From Meiothermus sp. (GTDB lineage Bacteria; Deinococcota; Deinococci; Deinococcales; Thermaceae): a DNA stretch of 16,928 nucleotides. Below are positions 1 to 7,888 of this stretch, piece by piece (the first letter of the stretch is position 1; the number at the start of each line of letters is the position of its first letter). The notes under the pieces are model-generated. The model saw only the letters and a list, made by a program, of their open reading frames with translations. It had not been told where the DNA came from and did no database searches. Location of the stretch: the NCBI GenBank assembly GCA_033762915.1, contig JANRLD010000067.1, positions 1-16,928 on the forward strand. The letters are read 5' to 3'. The position numbers were made by a program, and so were the translations under genes.

Positions 1-1
1 C

Positions 2-1045
2 GGCGTGGCGCTGGCCCAGCAGCCCGCCCCCCCCGCCCAGCCCGCCCAGCCCGCGCCCGCCGGGCAGACCCAGGCCAACCTGTGCATCCTGCTCTCGCAG
101 TCCAACCGATACGACGCGGCCCTTACCGCCTGCGAGCGGGCGGTCAAGGAGAGCCCCTCCGCCGAAAACCTCTACCTTCTGGGCACGGTGCAGTCCGAGC
201 TGGGGCGCTACACCCCGGCCATCGAGAACCTGCGCCGCTCCATCGGGCTCAACTCCAGCCTGGTGCAGGCCTACATAGCGCTGGCGCGGGTCTACATGCG
301 CCAGTATCAGTTCGCCGACAACCGCGCCACCGCCGCGCCGGTGCTCGAGCAGGCCCTGAGCGTGCTGCGCGAGGCCGAGCGGGTTAACCCCCGCTACGCC
401 CCGACCCTGGCCACCCGCGCGGTGGTGTTGGGCTACCTGGGCCGCACCGAGCAGGCCATCGACGCCTTCAACCGCTCGCTGGCCATCAAGGACGAGCCTT
501 TGGTGCGGGCCTCGCTGGCCGACCTCTACGCCGGTCAGAGCAGGTGGGACGACGCGGTAAGGAACTATGACCTTGCCGTGAAGGCCGCCCCCAACAACGC
601 ATCCCTGCGGGTTAAGTACGGCAGCCTGCTGATGGTGCGCGGCGAGATTGACAAGGCCATCACCCACCTCGACCAAGCCGTGGTGCTCTCCCCCGGCAAC
701 GCCGAGGCTTGGCTGCGGCGCGGCGACGCCTACTACGAGAAGAAGGACTGGACCCAGGCGGGCGTATCCTACAACCAGACCGTGGCCCTCTCGCCGGTTC
801 GCTTCCCCGACGCCTACGTGGGTCTGGGGCTGGTCTTCATCGAGCTGAAGGACTTCCCCAAGGCCAAGTTCAACTTCACCAAGGCGGTGGCGCTGGACAA
901 CAACAACGCCAACTATCGCTTCGCCCTGTGCCGCGCCAACATGCTGGTCGGCGACAAGGCCGGGGCCAAGACCCAGTGCGAGCGCGCGGTCTCGCTGCGC
1001 CCGGACTTCCCCCAGGCCAAGGAAGTGCTGGATCAGTTGAGGTAG
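2..1045 (+). CDS. Tetratricopeptide-repeat protein, probably exported; 5' end lies outside the window
   Basis: Many TPR-like helical repeats (e.g. AENLYLLGTVQSELGRYTPAIENLRRSI, AEAWLRRGDAYYEKKDWTQAGVSYNQTV). The frame is open from the window edge. VALA-QQ followed by a PAQ-rich linker looks like the end of a signal peptide, so GTG at 5 is probably not the start. Confidence 0.85.
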   Translation, partial: GVALAQQPAPPAQPAQPAPAGQTQANLCILLSQSNRYDAALTACERAVKESPSAENLYLLGTVQSELGRYTPAIENLRRSIGLNSSLVQAYIALARVYMRQYQFADNRATAAPVLEQALSVLREAERVNPRYAPTLATRAVVLGYLGRTEQAIDAFNRSLAIKDEPLVRASLADLYAGQSRWDDAVRNYDLAVKAAPNNASLRVKYGSLLMVRGEIDKAITHLDQAVVLSPGNAEAWLRRGDAYYEKKDWTQAGVSYNQTVALSPVRFPDAYVGLGLVFIELKDFPKAKFNFTKAVALDNNNANYRFALCRANMLVGDKAGAKTQCERAVSLRPDFPQAKEVLDQLR

Positions 1046-1061
1046 GTCTCAGCCAACAGTC

Positions 1062-1098
1062 AGCGGGGAACAGAGTTCACGCTGTTCCCCGCTTTTTT
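1062..1098 (+). terminator. Intrinsic terminator after the TPR gene
   Basis: Perfect 12-bp stem AGCGGGGAACAG (1062-1073) / CTGTTCCCCGCT (1082-1093), 8-nt loop and T-run, 17 nt after the stop codon. Confidence 0.85.
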
Positions 1099-1168
1099 GT
1101 CTGCGTGCAAAAGGGAGGCTGAGGGAAGGTGAGAGGGAAAATTCGGCCCTCGACGCCATTGCCGATGG

Positions 1169-1714
1169 TTAAGGCTTTACACGTCCCAGCACCTCGAGCC
1201 CGCCCTCTCCCACGCGCACCACTACGCCCTCGCCCGACTCCGGCACGACGCCAGTCAGGGCGGTGATGTTGACCTGATGGGTCACCACCACCAGCACGCC
1301 GGGGCCGCGCCACCGGGCAAGGATTTGGCGGGCGGCCCTGGTCTGCTCGGCTTCGGTTGAGCGGTCGGAGAAAAACGAGTTGAAAGCGGGCTCGTCCTGC
1401 GGCAGACCAGGGAAGGCCAGTTGGGCGGTCTCGCGGGTCCGGCACCACTGCGAGGTGAGGACTCGAGCCACGTTGATGTTTCGGGCGCGGAACTGTTCCC
1501 CAATGCGCCGGGCCTGGGCGCGGCCGGCGTCGTCGAGGTTGCGCTGGGTGGCGCAGTCGTTCAGCCGAAAATTGGCGGGGTCGCCCGTGCCTGGGGCGAT
1601 GGCGTGGCGGAAGAGCACCACGGCCCCGCTTTGCAGCGCGGACCAGTCAGACTGGGCCTGGACTGGCTGAACCCAGGTGGCCAGTAGCGCGACAGCGAAA
1701 AATAGGATTCGCAT
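1169..1714 (-). CDS. Histidine phosphatase (phosphoglycerate mutase-like) family protein with signal peptide
   Basis: RHA catalytic motif (VLFRHAIAPG), SQWCRTRETA and VVVTHQVN motifs, and a hydrophobic N-terminus ending AQS. Start placed at ATG 1714 because TACTCT lies 6 nt upstream. Confidence 0.8.
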   Translation of the reverse strand: MRILFFAVALLATWVQPVQAQSDWSALQSGAVVLFRHAIAPGTGDPANFRLNDCATQRNLDDAGRAQARRIGEQFRARNINVARVLTSQWCRTRETAQLAFPGLPQDEPAFNSFFSDRSTEAEQTRAARQILARWRGPGVLVVVTHQVNITALTGVVPESGEGVVVRVGEGGLEVLGRVKP

Positions 1715-1720
1715 CCACAA

Positions 1721-1726
1721 AGAGTA
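1721..1726 (-). promoter_or_regulatory. -10 box (TACTCT) of a probable leaderless transcript
   Basis: TANNNT 6 nt upstream of ATG 1714; no Shine-Dalgarno sequence. Confidence 0.5.
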
Positions 1727-1788
1727 GAGAAGTTCCGCCGCAGGGAAAGTAGGCCGGTTTCGATTTGGCTAGGTCTTAAGGTAAGACT

Positions 1789-2460
1789 TTACTGGATCGC
1801 TTCAAACCTGAACTGAAAGGTGTATTTCCTGAGTTGGAGATTTGGGATCGCCCTTGCTGCCCAGATTACTCTCCGATGGAATTCGCTCGCTACCAAAATT
1901 CCCCTAACCGGAAGATTGTCGGTCTCAGCCACCGCACCCATGTATGAAAGAACTTGTGGAATGACATCGGGCGTAGCCAAGCCCGCTTTCAACTCAATTA
2001 TCACGACATTGCCCCTCGAGTCTCTAGCCGTGATATCGATTCTGCCCGCCTCAGTGTTTCGCTCTCGCCCACCATCGGCAATTATTAGTCCAGGTTCAAG
2101 CTGATCTATTCTTGATCTAAGTGCCTGCTGCATGTCCCTCTCAAGACCAAAAGTGATCTCTGCAGCCTCAACAATCTGCTCTTCATCAACCGACTCGGTA
2201 CCAGGAACGTTCTCCAGGTATTCATCCGCATAGCTGGTATCGCCAGAATCATCTGGCTTTATGAGGTAAACGTGGTCAGGCGTCTGCTCCAACACCCACT
2301 TATGCCTCCTGACAAGCGCACGTCGAAGTTGATAGGTTGTGCTCGCGGTCGCATCCAGCCCAGAGGGAATGTGTTCAGGGTTCTCCCTCAGCCACTGTTT
2401 TAGCGGCTCAACCCCTACAGAACCATCAGTGTTCCTCACGAGAACGAAGTGACTCGGCAT
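1789..2460 (-). CDS. PD-(D/E)xK endonuclease with a C-terminal NucS-like (DUF91) domain and an uncharacterised N-terminal domain
   Basis: LERDMQQAL...GRIDITARD...VIIELKAG...QVLSYMG...VRGILVA fits the NucS C-terminal nuclease signature. GC is visibly lower than in the flanks. Confidence 0.75.
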   Translation of the reverse strand: MPSHFVLVRNTDGSVGVEPLKQWLRENPEHIPSGLDATASTTYQLRRALVRRHKWVLEQTPDHVYLIKPDDSGDTSYADEYLENVPGTESVDEEQIVEAAEITFGLERDMQQALRSRIDQLEPGLIIADGGRERNTEAGRIDITARDSRGNVVIIELKAGLATPDVIPQVLSYMGAVAETDNLPVRGILVASEFHRRVIWAARAIPNLQLRKYTFQFRFEAIQ

Positions 2461-2472
2461 AGCCGCCCCCTA

Positions 2473-3675
2473 TTACACCCAGCTCACCGCCCCGAAGGTG
2501 TCTTCGCGCTTGGGGCTGGTGGAGAACATCACCACCGGGGTCTGGGTGTATTCCTCGACCAGTTCGATGAAGCGGATCACGCTGGCCGGCAAAGCCTCGC
2601 GGCTGCGGAGCCCGGAGAGGTTACCCCAGCCCTCGAGCTCCTCGTACTTCACCGTGCCGTCCGGGCGGTGCTCGACGCCCACCTTCACGGTCCTGAAGTC
2701 CGACAGAATGTCCAGCTTGGTCAGCACCAGGCCGTCGAAACCGTTGACCTCGCAGGCGTACTTGAGCAGCACCAGGTCCAGCCAGCCGGTGCGCCGGGCG
2801 CGGCCGGTGGTGACCCCGAACTCGCCGCCCTTCTGCCTTAAGAACTCGTCCTCCTCGCCGTGCAACTCGGTGGGGAAGGGGCCGTTGCCGACCCGGGTCG
2901 CGTAGGCCTTCGCCACCCCGTAGACCTTGTTGATGGCCTTGTGGCTCACCCCCGTCCCCACGATGATCCCGCCCACCGTGGGGTGGGAGCTGGTTACGTA
3001 GGGGTAGTCGCCGTAGTTGAGGTCGAGCAGGGTGGCCTGCGCGCCTTCGTAGAGCACCTTCTTGCCGTGCTTGATGCCCTCGCGCAGCATCTGGCCAGTG
3101 TCGGCGACGTGCGGCCCCAGAATTTCGCGCATCTGGTGGAGGGACTCGAGGGCCTTTTCCAGGGTGTCCCAGCCGCCCTCCTTGGTGGAGTTGGGCTTCT
3201 CGGTCAGGAGCTGCTGGGCGCGCTCCCTCAGCACGCTCTCGTCCAGCAAATCCCCCGCCCGAATCCCGATGCGCCGCGCCCGGTCGGAGTAGGCCGGGCC
3301 GATGCCGCGCTTGGTGGTGCCCACGAAATTGTTGCGGCTCTCCACCGCCTTGTGGTGGGGCAACACCAGGTGGGCCTTGTCGGAGACCAGCACCTTGGGG
3401 TTCAGGCCCTCGGCGCGGATGCCCTGCATCTCCTCGGCAAAGCGAAAAGCGTCAATCACCATGCCGTCGCCCAATACATTGGCGGCCTGGGGGTGGATGA
3501 CCCCGGTGGGCAGCAGGTTCAGCTTGAAGGTCTTGCCGTGGGCAATGACGGTGTGGCCGGCGTTGGCCCCGCCCTGGTAGCGCACCACGAAGTCGGCGTT
3601 TTCGGCCAGGGCGTCCGTCACCTTGCCCTTGCCCTCGTCGCCCCACTGTGCCCCGATGATCGCAATTCCTGGCAT
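2473..3675 (-). CDS. purA: Adenylosuccinate synthetase
   Basis: GAQWGDEGKGK, RYQGGANAGHT, GTTKRGIGPAY, EGAQATLLD, YPYVTSS, GVTTGRARRTGWLD and TKLDIL motifs. Confidence 0.97.
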   Translation of the reverse strand: MPGIAIIGAQWGDEGKGKVTDALAENADFVVRYQGGANAGHTVIAHGKTFKLNLLPTGVIHPQAANVLGDGMVIDAFRFAEEMQGIRAEGLNPKVLVSDKAHLVLPHHKAVESRNNFVGTTKRGIGPAYSDRARRIGIRAGDLLDESVLRERAQQLLTEKPNSTKEGGWDTLEKALESLHQMREILGPHVADTGQMLREGIKHGKKVLYEGAQATLLDLNYGDYPYVTSSHPTVGGIIVGTGVSHKAINKVYGVAKAYATRVGNGPFPTELHGEEDEFLRQKGGEFGVTTGRARRTGWLDLVLLKYACEVNGFDGLVLTKLDILSDFRTVKVGVEHRPDGTVKYEELEGWGNLSGLRSREALPASVIRFIELVEEYTQTPVVMFSTSPKREDTFGAVSWV

Positions 3676-3681
3676 GCAGAT

Positions 3682-3687
3682 AGCTTA
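3682..3687 (-). promoter_or_regulatory. -10 box (TAAGCT) for leaderless purA mRNA
   Basis: TAAGCT-6 nt-ATG with no Shine-Dalgarno sequence. Confidence 0.55.
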
Positions 3688-3828
3688 CGGCGGGCGACGG
3701 GCGGCGGGTAGCGGGCGGGCGGGGAGAGTTACACGTCGGTGTCGTGTAGGCGGGCTGGGTTTCGGGGCTATGAGGGCAGGGCGGATGAGGGTAGACTTAT
3801 CGGAATACCCAGCCGGCCTTGGTAAGAC

Positions 3829-4746
3829 CTACTCCAGCGCGCTCCCCGCCTCGAGCCAGCGCACCTTTTGCGGCGTGAGGGCGACCTCGAGCGCCCCCAG
3901 CGAACTGTCCAACTCCGCCCCGCTCCGGCAGCCAACCAGCGGAAAGGTCGGGAAGGGCTGGTGCAGCACGTAGGCCAGGGCGATCTGGATGGGCTCCAGG
4001 CCCTTGGCCCGGGCCAGCTCTTGGGCCCGCTCGAGCCGCGCAAAGTTGGCCGGGCTGTACCAGCAGCGCACCAGCTCCTCGTCAGCACGGTCGGCGGGGT
4101 CGGCGCGGACGAAGAAGCCCCTGGCCTGGCTCGACCAGGGGAACAGGGGCGTCTGGGTCTGGGTCAGCCACGCCCGCAAAGCCTGGTCCGTGCCCAAACA
4201 GCCCGCCCAGGAGGGCTCGAGCATCTGCGCCAGGCTGAACTGGTTGCTCACCGCGCCGAAGGGCTCGAGACCGTGTTTCGAGGCATACGCGCTGGCCGCC
4301 TGGAGGCGCTCGAGCGACCAGTTGGAGCCGCCGAACACCCGCATCTGCCCCGCCCGAAAGTGCCGGTTGAGCACGTCCACGAACTCGCCCACCGGCACCT
4401 GGGGGTTGTCGCGGTGCATCAGGTACACGTCCAGGTGGTCGGTGCGGAGGCGCTCGAGGCTTTCGGCGAGCTGAAGGCTGAGGTCCTCGGGGGTGCAGCG
4501 CGGGGTGTGGGCGCCCTTGCCGATCAGCACGACCTGGTCGCGGAGCCTCGAGCGGCTCATCCAATCGCCAAACACCGCCTCAGACGCCCCGCTCTTGTAT
4601 ACCCAGGCGGTATCGAAGGCGTTGCCCCCTCGGCTCAAGAACACGTCGAAGAGGGGGGCGGCAGTCTCGAGGTTGTCCTGGCTGTCCACGCCCAGCACCA
4701 GGCGCGAAACCGGTTTGGATAGGCCTTCAACGGAGCCGTACTTCAT
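3829..4746 (-). CDS. Aldo/keto reductase family oxidoreductase (alternative GTG start at 4752)
   Basis: GGNAFDTAWVY, SLERLRTDHLDVYLMHRD, FGGSNWS and QIALAYVLHQP motifs of the AKR fold. Confidence 0.9.
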   Translation of the reverse strand: MKYGSVEGLSKPVSRLVLGVDSQDNLETAAPLFDVFLSRGGNAFDTAWVYKSGASEAVFGDWMSRSRLRDQVVLIGKGAHTPRCTPEDLSLQLAESLERLRTDHLDVYLMHRDNPQVPVGEFVDVLNRHFRAGQMRVFGGSNWSLERLQAASAYASKHGLEPFGAVSNQFSLAQMLEPSWAGCLGTDQALRAWLTQTQTPLFPWSSQARGFFVRADPADRADEELVRCWYSPANFARLERAQELARAKGLEPIQIALAYVLHQPFPTFPLVGCRSGAELDSSLGALEVALTPQKVRWLEAGSALE

Positions 4747-4762
4747 CGTCACAGTGCGCCAA

Positions 4763-6334
4763 CTATAACCCGCCCCCGCCGCCCGCCGCTGGCATCCGCG
4801 CCATGGCCCGCTCGGCCAGCGCGGTGATGGTCAGGCTGGGGTTGACGCCCACGTTGGCTGGGATGGCCGAGCCGTCCACCACGTAGAGGCCGGGATGCCC
4901 GAAGACCTCGTGGTCGGGGTTGATCACCCCGCTCGAGGCATCCCGCCCGATGCCGCAGCCGCCCAGAATATGGGCGGTGACAGACATGTTCAGCAGGCTC
5001 TCGAGGAACGAGTTGTGCGCTATTCCCCCGGCCGCCTGGGCGAAAGCTCGAGTAGCCTCGTTGGCTTCCGGGATGTAGGTGGGCGCAGTCTTGCCGGGGA
5101 TGGCGACGGACTGCAAGCCCAGCCTCCCGTGCCGGAAACTCAGCTGGTTGTCGAGTTGCTGCATGACCGCCAGAACGGTCACGCGCTTGTGCCAGTCGTT
5201 CACCCCCAGCGAGGCCATGGCCTTCCGCGGGCGAAACACAAACTCCCTAAGCGCCCCCAGGGCGCGGCGCAAGGGATTCGCGCCGTCCACCAGCGGCCCG
5301 TTGAACAGCTTCAAGTACCAGTAGCTCGGCGGCACCCGGTTCTGGGTGATGTGGGTGTGCGGGTTGGGGTAGAAGTGCGAGGAGATGGCGGGGCCGTGGC
5401 TGAGGTCGGGGGCGTCCGGGGGCGAGAGGACGGCGGTGATGGCCTCGCTGTTGGTGCGGACCACTCGGCCTAAGGTCGGGGAGACCTTGGGCAGGGTTTT
5501 GTGCTGGTCGCGGTTGGCAAAGAGGAGCTTTAGGGTGCCCAGAACCCCCGCCGCCAACACCACCTTTTTTGCTCTAAGGGCGGGATACTTCTGCCGGGTG
5601 AGGGGGTTGTGCGACTCGAGCGCGTACCCGCCCGCCTCGAGGGGCCGGATGATCGTCACCCGGCGCTCGGGCAGGATTTTCGCCCCCAGCTTTTCGGCAA
5701 GGTACAGGTAGTTTTTGTCCAGCGTGTTCTTGGCGTTGTGCGGGCAGCCCGCCAGGCAGGCCCCGCAGCGCAGGCAGCCCCGGCGCTCCGGCCCCGCGCC
5801 ACCGAAGTAGGGGTCGGGCTTTGTAACGCCGGCTTCGCCCTGATAGATGCCCAGCGGCACCCCGCCGAAGCTCTCCCCTGCCCCCATGGACTGCGCGGCC
5901 TGCTGAAGGTACCCGTCTTGGGTGTGAACCTCGGTGTACATGGCCCGCCCCAGCATCTGGGCGGCGGTGGTGTAATGGGGCCGTAGCTCGGCCTCCCAGT
6001 CGATGCCCAGGTTACCCCAGGCGGGGTCCTGGAAGAAGCTCCTGGGCGGCTCGAGCAGCACCGCCGCGTAGACCAGGCTGCCCCCGCCCACCCCCACCCC
6101 GCCGATGATGGTGACATGGCGGAAGAAGTGCTGCTGGAAGATGCCCTTCAGCCCCAGCGAGGGCAGCCAGAAGAGGTCCTTGACCGACCGGCCGGCCCCC
6201 ACCAGGTCGGCGTCGCTCACCCGGCGGCCCTGCTCCAGCACCCCCACCCGGTAGCCCTTCTGGCTCAGCCGCAGGGCCGCCACACTCCCGCCGAAGCCGC
6301 TGCCCACCACCAGCACGTCGAAATCGTAGGTCAT
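4763..6334 (-). CDS. GMC-family FAD oxidoreductase, cholesterol oxidase/ChoD-like
   Basis: VVGSGFGGSV FAD-binding motif, GVGGGSLVYA, CLRCGACLAGCP, AKNTLDKNYL, TAHILGG and GVNPSLTITALAER. Confidence 0.88.
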   Translation of the reverse strand: MTYDFDVLVVGSGFGGSVAALRLSQKGYRVGVLEQGRRVSDADLVGAGRSVKDLFWLPSLGLKGIFQQHFFRHVTIIGGVGVGGGSLVYAAVLLEPPRSFFQDPAWGNLGIDWEAELRPHYTTAAQMLGRAMYTEVHTQDGYLQQAAQSMGAGESFGGVPLGIYQGEAGVTKPDPYFGGAGPERRGCLRCGACLAGCPHNAKNTLDKNYLYLAEKLGAKILPERRVTIIRPLEAGGYALESHNPLTRQKYPALRAKKVVLAAGVLGTLKLLFANRDQHKTLPKVSPTLGRVVRTNSEAITAVLSPPDAPDLSHGPAISSHFYPNPHTHITQNRVPPSYWYLKLFNGPLVDGANPLRRALGALREFVFRPRKAMASLGVNDWHKRVTVLAVMQQLDNQLSFRHGRLGLQSVAIPGKTAPTYIPEANEATRAFAQAAGGIAHNSFLESLLNMSVTAHILGGCGIGRDASSGVINPDHEVFGHPGLYVVDGSAIPANVGVNPSLTITALAERAMARMPAAGGGGGL

Positions 6335-6355
6335 AAGAAGCGAGTTGGAACTGGG

Positions 6356-6823
6356 TCAGCTAACCCCATCCTGGTGCAGCAGGAAGGGCAGGGGGAGGTG
6401 GGCGGCGGGGCCGATGCGGAAGAAGGTCAGGCCGAGGAGGGTGCCGGGCTCGAGCTGCCTCAGCTCGTCCACCACGCTGGGCCAGGGCCAGGGGTTGACC
6501 GGAGGGTAGGTGACCGCGAGGCAGGGCCGGCCGTCCACCCGCGAGGGCGCCGGGGCCACCTCGACCGGAAAGCCCCGCCGAACCGCGCCGCCGCGCCGCA
6601 GCAGGTTGACCCCGGAGCCGTCCGGCCCGAACTCCTTGCCGCACCAGCCGCCCAGACCCAAGATCACCAAACCCCTGGGGGCAACCAAGCGCAGCCAGCT
6701 GGGGCCCACAAACTCCGAGCGGTAGAGGCCCCGAACGGCGGCAGGGGCCTCGAGGGCCGAATAAATCCGCCGGAACGCGCCCAGCGACTCTGAGTTGAGG
6801 CGGTCGGCTTGGCTGATTTGCAT
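6356..6823 (-). CDS. Hypothetical protein (155 aa), probably co-transcribed with the GMC oxidase
   Basis: The C-terminal part of the 6356-7786 ORF, starting MQISQADRL at ATG 6823 with TAGAAT upstream. It has WxGKxF, SRVDG, TYP and VDELR motifs and lies 21 nt upstream of the GMC gene. The longer ORF overlaps gnd on the opposite strand. Confidence 0.7.
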   Translation of the reverse strand: MQISQADRLNSESLGAFRRIYSALEAPAAVRGLYRSEFVGPSWLRLVAPRGLVILGLGGWCGKEFGPDGSGVNLLRRGGAVRRGFPVEVAPAPSRVDGRPCLAVTYPPVNPWPWPSVVDELRQLEPGTLLGLTFFRIGPAAHLPLPFLLHQDGVS

Positions 6824-6876
6824 AGCTGTACCTATTCTACCGTCAGTCCCCTTACGGTGTGCGGGGGCCGAAAGCG

Positions 6877-6882
6877 TATGCT
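6877..6882 (+). promoter_or_regulatory. -10 box (TATGCT) for the gnd-zwf-pgl transcript
   Basis: TANNNT 7 nt upstream of ATG 6890. Confidence 0.5.
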
Positions 6883-6889
6883 GGGCCGC

Positions 6890-7804
6890 ATGGAAATCGG
6901 ATTGGTGGGGCTGGGCCGGATGGGCGGCAACATGAGCCGCCGCCTGCTGCGCTCCGGCATTGCGGTGGTGGGCTATGACCCCAGCCTGGCCGCCCGCGAG
7001 GGCCTGCGGGCCGAGGGCCTGACCCCGGCGGACGCGCTGGCCGAGCTGGTGCAGAGCCTGCAAGCCCCCCGCACGGTATGGCTGATGCTCCCGGCGGGCC
7101 CGGTCACCGAGGCCACCGTGGCAGAGCTGGCCGGGCTGCTCGCGCCCGGCGACCTGCTGGTGGACGGCGGCAACGCCTACTACAAGGACTCCCAGCGGCG
7201 GGCCGGGCAACTGGCGGCCGGGGGCGTCGAGTTTGCCGACGTGGGGGTATCGGGCGGGGTGTGGGGCCTCGAGAGCGGCTACGGCCTGATGGTGGGGGGC
7301 TCCGAGGCGGCCGCCGCCCGGCTCGAGCCCTTCCTCCGGGCCCTCGCCCCCACCCCCGACACCGGCTGGGTGCACGCAGGCGCGGTGGGGGCCGGGCACT
7401 TCAGCAAGATGGTGCACAACGGCATCGAGTACGGCATGATGCAGGCCCTGGCCGAGGGGCTCAACCTGATGCGCAAAAAGCGGGAGTTCGACTTCGACCT
7501 GGCCCGCCTCACCGAGGCCTGGCGGCACGGCACGGTGATCCGCAGCTGGCTCCTGGACCTCACCGCCGAGTACCTCAAGGCCGACCAAGACCTGGGCGAT
7601 ATCGCCCCCGTGGTGGCCGACTCCGGCGAGGGCCGCTGGACGGTGCTCGAGGCTGTCGAGCTGGGCGTCCCCATCCCGGTCATCACCCAGTCGCTCTACG
7701 CCCGCTTTGAAAGCCAGGACGCCGAGGACTATGATGAGCGGCTGTTGGCCGTGATGCGGAAAATGTTCGGGGGACATGGGGTGCAAGGGGCGTCAAAGGT
7801 CTAG
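6890..7804 (+). CDS. gnd: 6-phosphogluconate dehydrogenase, decarboxylating (short YqeC-type)
   Basis: MEIGLVGLGRMG, VDGGN, DVGVSGGVWG, GHFSKMVHNGIEYGMMQ, DSGEGRWT and RKMFGGH motifs. Confidence 0.93.
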   Translation: MEIGLVGLGRMGGNMSRRLLRSGIAVVGYDPSLAAREGLRAEGLTPADALAELVQSLQAPRTVWLMLPAGPVTEATVAELAGLLAPGDLLVDGGNAYYKDSQRRAGQLAAGGVEFADVGVSGGVWGLESGYGLMVGGSEAAAARLEPFLRALAPTPDTGWVHAGAVGAGHFSKMVHNGIEYGMMQALAEGLNLMRKKREFDFDLARLTEAWRHGTVIRSWLLDLTAEYLKADQDLGDIAPVVADSGEGRWTVLEAVELGVPIPVITQSLYARFESQDAEDYDERLLAVMRKMFGGHGVQGASKV

Positions 7805-7888
7805 GGACAAAGGCCGTAGTCCGCAGAGCTTCACCCCCACAGACCTTCGACCGGCCCAATACTCAGACGACTGCACGGAGCAGATAAC

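Noticed and set aside
11..62. CAGCCCGCC tandem repeats at the window start
   Set aside because: They encode an ordinary Pro/Ala/Gln linker after a signal peptide.
1061..1093. Resemblance to type I-E CRISPR repeat halves (GTTCCCCGC, CAGCGGGGA)
   Set aside because: Single copy, halves in the opposite order, followed by a T-run just after a stop codon; better explained as a terminator.
6824..7786. N-terminal 321 codons of the 476-aa ORF 6356-7786
   Set aside because: This part is the antisense shadow of gnd; only the portion from ATG 6823 looks like a real gene.
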